A DNA stretch of 64,000 bases from Candidatus Calditenuaceae archaeon. Its GTDB lineage: Archaea; Thermoproteota; Nitrososphaeria_A; Caldarchaeales; Calditenuaceae. Each line of letters starts with the position of its first letter. The stretch's first letter is position 1. The notes beneath the pieces are model-generated. The model was given only the letters and a program-made list of their open reading frames with translations. It did not search any database and had not been told where the DNA came from. Where the stretch lies: assembly GCA_025059595.1 (NCBI GenBank), contig JANXDI010000015.1:167469-231468 (forward strand), given 5' to 3'. Of this stretch, positions 55,400 through 62,993 are shown in pieces. The translations under genes and the position numbers were made by a program.

Positions 55400-55846
55400 A
55401 TGCAGCTTTCCACGCCTCCGCGTGTAAAGGTCCTTGAGGCTGTTGGTGCGGTTGCTGGAGCTAGGGTTAAGGTTTTGAGCGATGCTGAGGCTGAGGTGAG
55501 GGCTTCAGAGGGTGACAGGACATATAGAGTCTTCCTCGATATGTCGAGGGGGCTTGCCGACTCCGACGACAACGGTACACGGTTTAGGAACTATATCGGC
55601 TATCCAATCCTCGCCTTCATGATGGTCAAGGGGATTCTCCCATATGATGAGGAGTTGGGCAGAGCGCTTAAGGATGTGAAGTGGCGGAGTGTGAACGAGC
55701 TCTTCAAGAACTACAGGCTGGTCGAACGCTACATTAAGGAGGAGTTGAAGCGCGTAGGTGTACAGTCATCAAGAGTTGATAGCTACATCGCCGAGGTCAT
55801 GGGGGCTCTCTCTGGAATTGCTCTCCAGAAGCCCGTGCAGACTTGA
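55400..55846 (+). CDS. Hypothetical protein
   Basis: ATG 55400 is preceded by GGTGAGGT. The longer ORF from 55268 would overlap the divergent Ldh_2 gene. The 3' 50 nt overlap the helicase gene. No family recognised. Confidence 0.5.
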   Translation: MQLSTPPRVKVLEAVGAVAGARVKVLSDAEAEVRASEGDRTYRVFLDMSRGLADSDDNGTRFRNYIGYPILAFMMVKGILPYDEELGRALKDVKWRSVNELFKNYRLVERYIKEELKRVGVQSSRVDSYIAEVMGALSGIALQKPVQT

Positions 55847-58800
55847 CCTGGCTCCCAACTTCCTCGAGAATCAGCCTCAGCATGTAGATTGATTTGAGGT
55901 CATCTGCCGTCACTTTCTCAATCTCCGGACCAATCTTCTCTAAGGCATCTCTGAGCCAGTAGGGGTTTGAGGGTGTGGTGTCGGTCTTCGAGGCGCGGGC
56001 CACTACCTCTATGGGCTGAACACCCTTCTCTAAGCCGAAGACCCTGCACGCCTCGGAGAGCGGGAGCCTCTCTCCCAGAGCCTCTTCAGCCCTCTCCGCA
56101 ACGTCCTCGACGAGTCCGAGCGACTCGGCGCCAAGGAGCTTCGCCTTGAGGGAGCGCATACCCATTCGGTCTAACATGTCTAGGAACTGGTGATAGTCGT
56201 AGAGGAGTATTTTGAAGCCCTCGTCTATGAGGCCTGATATGATGGATGAGGCCTCGATGTATGAGTTGTCGGGCCCCTCGGGTGTTTTGAGCCCCGCTGA
56301 GCCCCTTACGGTCTCGCCGTCGAAGACTCCTATGCAGTAGACTAGGAAGGATGAGGACTCATCTAGGGCGTAGTAGTTGCCGATTACCGCGCACCTTTTG
56401 AGGGCTCTGCTGGGCCTCGGAACCACGACCTCGCCGAGGGTGAGCTTTAGCCTAAGCCTCTCCCTCAAAATCAGCCTCTCGAGAATCTTGGAAGCGTAGT
56501 GCTTGGCCGGCCTCCAGTCAAACCCCCTACTCATGAGACTCGCGTAGGCCATTTCGTTGATAGCTTCGAGAAGACACTCGTCCAGCTCGTCCGGGACGTA
56601 TTCATCGACAAGTCTTCTTAGCTCCAGCCAGTCAATCCTCTCAATAAGCCCCGCAGATTCAGGCTCATGAATCTCCACAAACTTCCTATCGCCGACAACT
56701 ATCACGTCATATTTCACGGTCTCGAACGGTATTCCGAGCCTCCTCCTCATCACTATCTCGGTGAGCGCCATCCCCAGCCTCAGCATGGAGGGGTCGTCGG
56801 TCAGGTCGGTCTCGACGAGGGTGCCGTATGTGTAGTCCGTGTATGCTCCATCTGTCGGTGTAGGGACTGGTATGACTCTGCGCTTCGGAGAGACGACAGT
56901 CTTGCCGTCCACGACGAATATGTCCATTTTACCGCTCCTAAGTATCCAGTTGACGTGGTTGGGGAGCTTGACGTAGATTCCGAACCCCTCGGGTGGCTTA
57001 ACGAGGCAGTCCACCTCCGTGTGGAAGCGGCCTGAATAGTAGTCTGAGGCGATTGAGGGCGCTTCGCCCCATCTCCTCTTAACCGCCTCATACTCCTCGA
57101 GAGCGATTGCGAGAGACTCATACCTCCGGAGGACCTGCTCAGAGATGTCCTCAACGATTATCGAGGTCACTAGCCTGCCCGCCTCAGGGCTCCGAGCATG
57201 CCTCGTAACCATTCCGTCAGACGTGTAGTCGATGCAGCCAATCTGGAATCTTTCAACCAAATCAACATGCGCTATGTCCTCGAGATATCGCTCAGAGCCG
57301 TCCCGCCTCCTCCTAATCCTCTTGACGCCAAGGCTTGGTGCAAACTCGTAGAAGTTAAGCTTCATCCATGCGCGTTTTCCTACTTTGGTGAGGGCGTAGT
57401 CGCGGAGCATGCCGAGGCTCGTGAGTAGCTGGGATTCCTCGGGCGTGAGTTCCCGGACTCCTCCCGGCCTAGTCGCCTTGAATAGGGCCTCGACCAGCGT
57501 GATGTATTTGTTTTCTGGGTTTACAACTACATGCTCCCGCCCCATCGAGAGCCACTTGACCAGGGCATCGGTCCCCCTCTTGAGCAGGTTGAAGTCCCAG
57601 GACGAGCTGGGGATGATAACAGACTCGGTCCACTCCACCTCCTCTCTCCTACCCTTTCTCCCCTCCTTCTGGAGAAACTCCCTCAAGCTGTCGGGTAGGC
57701 CTATGTGAACTATCCTGACGACGTTACCGATGTCTATGCCTTGGGAGAGGGTTCGAGGGGAGATGAGCAGCTTCAGGTCGCCGTTTCGAGCCCTCTCTTC
57801 GATGGACCTTCTCGCCTCCTTCTCTATCAGGTGGTGATGAGAGGCGACTTTTTCATCACCCGCGATCTCGGCCACCCTCCTTCTCAACTCTTCCGCCCTC
57901 GCTATGCTCTGCGTGAAAGCGATTGTTACGCCCTTATCATCCACGTAACTCGCAAGTATCTCAACTGGGTCTGGGATGGGGTTTAAGCTAGCTAAATCTA
58001 GGCCGGTCGCCGCGGCCGCTTCTATGACTTTGTAGAGGTTCTTGAGGAAAGCGTCGTAGCTCTCGAGGGCCGCCACAACATCCCTCCCCACGTTTAGGCG
58101 TAGAATCGCCTCCCGCCTCTCCTTAACGCGCTCCCAAACAACACGTAGATTCCGCCCCAAGACGACGTAGCAGGTATTCCTCGGATGAAAGGGCTTACCC
58201 TCAACAATAGCCACATCTCTGCCGCTGATTTCTCTGAGGAAGGCCGCTAACTCTTCGGGGTTTTCGAGCATGGCCGTCAGGACTGCGAATCGAAGTCTGG
58301 GCGAGGCCTTCGCCCTCAGTATCTTACACATGGCTAAGAGTATCGCAAGGCTCCGAGGCGAGTAGAAGTCAATATCATCTAAGACGAGTAGGTCCAGAAC
58401 GGAGAGGAATTCCCTCAGCAGGGGCGGCCTGTCGCTTCCCAGCTTCTTAATCTCTGAGAGAAGGAAGGCGGGGTTCGTAACCACGAGACTCGATGAGGCA
58501 AGCTCCTTCCTCAGACCCCTAACACCAACGCTCGACGCAATCCTAGTTCTCGTCGGCGCATCAATAATCGACGCCTTCAACCCAAGCGCATCACAGTACA
58601 TCCTAAGCCGGTTGACTTGGTCGTTAGAGAGGGCTAGGGTTGGATAGACTGCCAAGACTCTCGCCCCTCTACTTGCGGCGTAAGCGAACCATGCCTCAGT
58701 CTTGCCTGAGCCGGTGCCTGAGCGGAGTATCAGATTCTTACCCCCGGCAAGCGCTTCAAACGCCTCAAGCTGGTGCCTGTAGAGCCTCTTACTGGCTATC

Positions 58801-58934
58801 TCAAGCCCTGAGGAGCCGAGGCCTGGGACAAGCTGGGCGAGTGTCACGGCGGTCAGCTCGGGTTTGACGGGTTCCTCGACAAGCGTGTAGAAATCGTATC
58901 CTAGCTCACGGAGAATCTCGCCTGTGCTCCTCAA
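55797..58934 (-). CDS. Superfamily 2 helicase (DExH-like, motif II DDID) with a long uncharacterised C-terminal region
   Basis: YRHQLEAF, motif I SGTGSGKTEA, Ia VYPTLALSNDQ, II LLVLDDIDFY, V LSQGIDIG, VI QKEGRKGRR. The remaining ~600 aa carry no motif I recognise. Confidence 0.85.
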   Translation of the reverse strand: MRSTGEILRELGYDFYTLVEEPVKPELTAVTLAQLVPGLGSSGLEIASKRLYRHQLEAFEALAGGKNLILRSGTGSGKTEAWFAYAASRGARVLAVYPTLALSNDQVNRLRMYCDALGLKASIIDAPTRTRIASSVGVRGLRKELASSSLVVTNPAFLLSEIKKLGSDRPPLLREFLSVLDLLVLDDIDFYSPRSLAILLAMCKILRAKASPRLRFAVLTAMLENPEELAAFLREISGRDVAIVEGKPFHPRNTCYVVLGRNLRVVWERVKERREAILRLNVGRDVVAALESYDAFLKNLYKVIEAAAATGLDLASLNPIPDPVEILASYVDDKGVTIAFTQSIARAEELRRRVAEIAGDEKVASHHHLIEKEARRSIEERARNGDLKLLISPRTLSQGIDIGNVVRIVHIGLPDSLREFLQKEGRKGRREEVEWTESVIIPSSSWDFNLLKRGTDALVKWLSMGREHVVVNPENKYITLVEALFKATRPGGVRELTPEESQLLTSLGMLRDYALTKVGKRAWMKLNFYEFAPSLGVKRIRRRRDGSERYLEDIAHVDLVERFQIGCIDYTSDGMVTRHARSPEAGRLVTSIIVEDISEQVLRRYESLAIALEEYEAVKRRWGEAPSIASDYYSGRFHTEVDCLVKPPEGFGIYVKLPNHVNWILRSGKMDIFVVDGKTVVSPKRRVIPVPTPTDGAYTDYTYGTLVETDLTDDPSMLRLGMALTEIVMRRRLGIPFETVKYDVIVVGDRKFVEIHEPESAGLIERIDWLELRRLVDEYVPDELDECLLEAINEMAYASLMSRGFDWRPAKHYASKILERLILRERLRLKLTLGEVVVPRPSRALKRCAVIGNYYALDESSSFLVYCIGVFDGETVRGSAGLKTPEGPDNSYIEASSIISGLIDEGFKILLYDYHQFLDMLDRMGMRSLKAKLLGAESLGLVEDVAERAEEALGERLPLSEACRVFGLEKGVQPIEVVARASKTDTTPSNPYWLRDALEKIGPEIEKVTADDLKSIYMLRLILEEVGSQVKSARASGEQFQREPP

Positions 58935-58983
58935 AACGACCCGAAGATGCCTTAGCCTGTGGCCCGCTATATTTTTATCCCCA

Positions 58984-59763
58984 CTAATGTGAATCCAGTC
59001 TCTTGAGGACCAATATGTGGGCCCCTCCCAGAAAAATCCTCCGAAGCCTGACTAGCCTAAAATGTCTGCAGAGCCTCTTTATCAGTTCAGACTCCACGGG
59101 AAGCAGAAGAAATGTGGTGTAGATTAGCCGGATTTCTCTCCACGCTCTGGAGAACGTTGAGGCGACGAGCAGTGGTGCCAACACCCACCAATAGATTTTG
59201 AAGAGCTGTCTAGCTAGGCCGCAGTCAGGCTTGGCTATGTCGATGAGCGTGAAGACGCCGCCGGGCTTCAGGATGATGGACAGCCTTTCGACTGCCGCTG
59301 ATAGGTGTATGACATCCCTCAGGGCGAAAGCCATGAAGGCCGATTCAAGCGAAGACGGGCGAAACGGGGCATACTCCAAAAGGCCGACGACACCATCCAA
59401 CCCGGACCAATCAGCACTATTCCTCGCCATTCTGAGCATCCTCTCTGACGGGTCCAGCAGGACTAGGTAAAGGCGCCTACGCCCCACCTCCTCCCAAATA
59501 ACCTTCGAGAGGGAACCATCCCCAGCCCCCGCATCGAGTATCCTACCACCCTTCACCCCGGAAAGCCTGACACCAACTCTGCGAATCACCACATCCAGCC
59601 CCAGCGAGATAACTCTGTTCACAGCCGGGTATCGCGGGCCCAGGGCCTCGATACCCCTCACAACACTTCGCCAAGCCTCCCCAAGCCCACCACCCCCTTC
59701 CACGGCCAGTAGCAGAGCAAACATCGATTCACAAACATTTATTTCCAGTCTGAACCAACTCAA
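58984..59763 (-). CDS. Class I SAM-dependent methyltransferase (UbiE/MenG-like)
   Basis: Motif I ILDAGAGDGSL and an upstream YPAVNRVISLG segment. The start is uncertain: TTG 59763 or ATG 59724. Confidence 0.8.
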   Translation of the reverse strand: MSWFRLEINVCESMFALLLAVEGGGGLGEAWRSVVRGIEALGPRYPAVNRVISLGLDVVIRRVGVRLSGVKGGRILDAGAGDGSLSKVIWEEVGRRRLYLVLLDPSERMLRMARNSADWSGLDGVVGLLEYAPFRPSSLESAFMAFALRDVIHLSAAVERLSIILKPGGVFTLIDIAKPDCGLARQLFKIYWWVLAPLLVASTFSRAWREIRLIYTTFLLLPVESELIKRLCRHFRLVRLRRIFLGGAHILVLKRLDSH

Positions 59764-59765
59764 AG

Positions 59766-60416
59766 GTGGGGCGGTTGAAGGCCCTAAAGGTCATAAAGAG
59801 GGCGTCGGGGCAGAGCCAGCCAGGACCCACACCCACCTTCAGCCACGTTCATGTCGTGAGGGCCATTTTTGTCATCGCGGAAAGCCCCGGAATAGGGAGG
59901 AAGAGGCTGGCTGAGGCGCTGGGGGTCGGAGAGGGTGTCGCCAGAACCCTCCTTTCGAGACTCAGGTCGGAGGGCCTGATTGAGACAAACCGCACAGGAT
60001 GCTTCCTAACAAAGAAAGCCCAGACACTCCAGAGAGAACTTGAGTTGAGTATAAGCCGCCCGCAGCAGCTCAATATTAAAAATACCTGGCCATACCTATT
60101 CAGCGTCGGCGTTATCGTAAAGAGCGCCGCTAATCTCGTGAGGAGGGGGCTGGAGCAGAGGGACGAAGCCGTGAGGGCAGGGGCGGGTGGAGCGATAACT
60201 CTGGTGTATCATGGGGGGAGACTTCTCATGCCCGGCATTAGCGACGTAAGCGCGGAGCATTCCGACTTCGCAAAGAAGGTCATCGAGGAGATGAAGCCGG
60301 CTGAGGGGGACGTCATTATAATCTCAGGTGCAGAGAGTCTTCAAGCTGCCGAAAACGGAGCCATCGCAGCAGCCTTAGCCACACTCGAGCAGCAGAAGCC
60401 AGAAAAAACCGGCTAG
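59766..60416 (+). CDS. wHTH protein of the archaeal DUF4443-like type
   Basis: N-terminal GIGRKRLAEALGVGEGVARTLLSRLRSEGLIE followed by a ~120-aa C-terminal domain. The family assignment is from memory only. Confidence 0.55.
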   Translation: MGRLKALKVIKRASGQSQPGPTPTFSHVHVVRAIFVIAESPGIGRKRLAEALGVGEGVARTLLSRLRSEGLIETNRTGCFLTKKAQTLQRELELSISRPQQLNIKNTWPYLFSVGVIVKSAANLVRRGLEQRDEAVRAGAGGAITLVYHGGRLLMPGISDVSAEHSDFAKKVIEEMKPAEGDVIIISGAESLQAAENGAIAAALATLEQQKPEKTG

Positions 60417-60832
60417 TCTATCTTTATGCGGTATTCCCGCACCCTCCTCGGAATCCTCAGCTCCAGAATCCCATCCTTATACCTCCGCCTCGCCTCCTCC
60501 CACGAAACATCAGAGGGCAGCTCAACCTCGAGCCTGTAGCAAGTGGCACAGGTCTTCACACCCTCCCTATGTGGCACCGAGTAGTTGCAGGGCGCGTAGA
60601 TGCTGACTAACCTACCCCCAGCCCTAACTTCAAGCCCATCCAAATCGGCACCCGGCAAATCCACCCTCAACACATACTCCTCAGGCCTCTCAAGCAGCTC
60701 GTAGAAAGGCTCTAGACAGCGGCTTGATAGCTCAAGCTCCTTAAGATGAGCCAGCATATTCTCAATCTCCATGTCAATCTCCTCCTCCATCTCACGCATA
60801 ACATCAAAGATGCTTCTTCTGCGACGATACAC
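60413..60832 (-). CDS. Small heat-shock protein (Hsp20/alpha-crystallin family)
   Basis: VDLPGADLDGLEVRAGGRLVSIYA ... KDGILELRIPR. Confidence 0.75.
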   Translation of the reverse strand: MYRRRRSIFDVMREMEEEIDMEIENMLAHLKELELSSRCLEPFYELLERPEEYVLRVDLPGADLDGLEVRAGGRLVSIYAPCNYSVPHREGVKTCATCYRLEVELPSDVSWEEARRRYKDGILELRIPRRVREYRIKID

Positions 60833-60838
60833 GTCACA

Positions 60839-61648
60839 TCACCTGATGTATCCGGGAGGCGACTCGAGCTGCAAACCAATTGGCATCCTCGAGAGATTAG
60901 TGCTCGTACGCCGCATCAAGTCACGCATCTGCATCTTCAGCTGCTCAGCCTGCTCGAGCAGAGGCTCCAGGGGAATCGCCACCCCCAGCAACTTGTTCAG
61001 AAAGGTTACCACCTCGGCAGCAGCACCAGGGTCAGGATAGTTCATGTGGCTCTGAACAAGCGCCAGCAGCACCTTTACATCCCTCTTCGCCGCGCTCTTC
61101 AGAATCGCCGCCTTTACGCCGGTTAAGTAGCCGTTCTCAAATCTCTGAACGTAGCCGGTAGCCTCAGCCATTCTGAACAATTCCGCGTCGTTAGAGAGAA
61201 CGTAGACCTTTGGCTTCTCAATATCTAGCCTGTCAGGCTCAGGAATCCCTCCAACCGATATTATTGGAGATTTCGTGGAAGACGCTATTTCGGTAATCGA
61301 GTTGGCCATGCCCCACATCCCCCTCGGCGGCACGGGAACATCAGAATAAACCAAGACAAGCTGCCGCGAATTCACAGAGACCTTATACATCCTACAAGGC
61401 TCCAAAATCTTAGAATCCAAAACAGTAACTATGGGCGGAAGGTCACTAATCTCGATATAGCCCAGCGCTTCACCATTAAACTGCGAAGCGATGTAAGAGG
61501 TCACAATCGTCCCGACCAAACCAACCTCTGGAAGCCCCTCAATCACCGGCGAACCCTGCTCAACCCTCTTCCTCTCAAACAAATACGGAGCGACGCTCCC
61601 ATTCAATTCAACATACTTTAACGCGGAGCGTAAAGAAAAATCTTTCAA
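60839..61648 (-). CDS. PAC2-family proteasome assembly chaperone-like protein
   Basis: IEGLPEVGLVGTIVTSYI near the N-terminus and 269 aa, a typical archaeal PAC2 layout. The starts are TTG 61648 or TTG 61606; no ATG is available. Confidence 0.7.
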   Translation of the reverse strand: MKDFSLRSALKYVELNGSVAPYLFERKRVEQGSPVIEGLPEVGLVGTIVTSYIASQFNGEALGYIEISDLPPIVTVLDSKILEPCRMYKVSVNSRQLVLVYSDVPVPPRGMWGMANSITEIASSTKSPIISVGGIPEPDRLDIEKPKVYVLSNDAELFRMAEATGYVQRFENGYLTGVKAAILKSAAKRDVKVLLALVQSHMNYPDPGAAAEVVTFLNKLLGVAIPLEPLLEQAEQLKMQMRDLMRRTSTNLSRMPIGLQLESPPGYIR

Positions 61649-61653
61649 TACAA

Positions 61654-61740
61654 CGCGGCGGGCGGGATTTGAACCCGCGCGGGCTTCATCAGCCCAGTGG
61701 CTTAGCAGGCCACCCCCCTACCGGGCTAGGGCACCGCCGC
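61654..61740 (-). tRNA. tRNA-Ser (anticodon GCU), type II with long variable arm, no encoded CCA
   Basis: The reverse complement folds as a cloverleaf. Acceptor: GCGGCGG/CCGCCGC. D arm: CCCT-AGCCCGGTA-GGGG. Anticodon stem-loop: GTGGC-CTGCTAA-GCCAC. Variable arm: GGGC-TGATGAA-GCCC. T arm: GCGGG-TTCAAAT-CCCGC. Discriminator: G. Confidence 0.9.
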
Positions 61741-61763
61741 ATTTAATTCTCTGCCCTACTCGG

Positions 61764-61774
61764 TATTTATATTT
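61764..61774 (-). promoter_or_regulatory. TATA box of tRNA-Ser
   Basis: The minus strand reads AAATATAAATA, centred about 29 nt upstream of the tRNA 5' end. Confidence 0.5.
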
Positions 61775-62015
61775 GGTTTAGTTTTCGATGTTACTCGCCC
61801 AAATGGGTTATTATTCAAGCGGCTACTTCCCTTTTTAAATTATCAATCCGATTCGATACTCGTTGAGTTGCCCACCCAGCTCCATACTATGCGGCGAGCT
61901 GCTCCCCCTGACAGCAAGGGGTAGGTAGAATATGAAGACAGTGCAGGAAAAATGCAATACGTCATGAATATTCGCGGATTGATTAACGTTTTTAAGGGGT
62001 TATTGAGGGTTTACC

Positions 62016-62993
62016 ATGGCCACGATGATTTTCGCGATAGGCGAGGTTCTGGTGGATTTCATAGCCGTCGAAGAAACTGATTTAAAATATGTGAAAAATT
62101 TTGAAAAGCACGCTGGTGGTGCCCCTGCTAATATGGTTGTGGGTTTAAGGAGGCTTGGTGTTCCTGCTGGCCTTATCAGCAAGGTCGGTAAGGATGCCTT
62201 AGGAGATTTTCTTCTAGAGGAATTGATGAAAGAGGGGGTGAATATTTCAGGCTTAAAGAGGGACGAGGAGTACCCTACCGGTGTGGCCTTCGTTCAGTTA
62301 AAAGGAGGTAGGCCTGAATTCCTTTTATATGATTGGGTTGCTTACTTCAACTTAAAAATCGATGACATCGATTTTCAAATTCTCGGTGATGCCGAGCTTA
62401 TACATTTCGGTGGTGTGTTACTTTCAAGAGAGCTAAGCAGAAGTACAACATTAACCGTTGTGGAGTGGGCGAGAGAGCGTAGAATACCAGTAAGCTTCGA
62501 CGCCAACATCAGACCTCATCTATGGAGAGATTTAGGGGAGTTGTCAAAGTCGATGAAGAAAGCTTTTGAGCTTTCGAATGTAGTGAAGCTGGGAGCAGAT
62601 GAGTTTGATCTTCTTAGGAAAAGAGGTGTAGACCCTACGCAAAACGGAGCTGATCTGATAAGCATCACAAGAGGAGATGCAGGGTCAATCATAATCCATA
62701 AAGACCTACAGGTTGACATACCTCCCTTTAAAGTAGACGTCGTAGATACTACAGGGGCTGGAGACTCGTTTATGGCTGCGGTGCTTGCTTCACTGTACTC
62801 CATGAGTAAACTAGGAGATATTAAATTGGCGGAGGATGAGCTGAGGCTTTTAGGGAAATTCTCAAATCTTGTCGCCGCTATATCAACGACCAGGAGAGGG
62901 GCTTGGAGCACTCCAAGTTTAAACGAGCTCGAGAAATATCATGAGATCAAGACAATAGTTAAAAAGCTATATGAAAAACGAGGCAGAGCCTAA
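62016..62993 (+). CDS. PfkB-family sugar kinase (fructokinase / 2-keto-3-deoxygluconate kinase-like)
   Basis: GGAPANMVVGL near the N-terminus and the ATP/anion-hole motif DTTGAGDSFMAA. It is noticeably more A+T-rich than the upstream genes. Confidence 0.9.
   Translation: MATMIFAIGEVLVDFIAVEETDLKYVKNFEKHAGGAPANMVVGLRRLGVPAGLISKVGKDALGDFLLEELMKEGVNISGLKRDEEYPTGVAFVQLKGGRPEFLLYDWVAYFNLKIDDIDFQILGDAELIHFGGVLLSRELSRSTTLTVVEWARERRIPVSFDANIRPHLWRDLGELSKSMKKAFELSNVVKLGADEFDLLRKRGVDPTQNGADLISITRGDAGSIIIHKDLQVDIPPFKVDVVDTTGAGDSFMAAVLASLYSMSKLGDIKLAEDELRLLGKFSNLVAAISTTRRGAWSTPSLNELEKYHEIKTIVKKLYEKRGRA

Noticed and set aside
55797-58934. Naming the helicase as part of a known defence system (Hachiman HamB, DISARM DrmA, Druantia and similar)
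   Set aside because: None of the obligatory partner genes (HamA/DUF1837, DrmB/DrmC, a methylase-nuclease pair) is present. The neighbours are metabolic or housekeeping genes, and the composition resembles the core genome.
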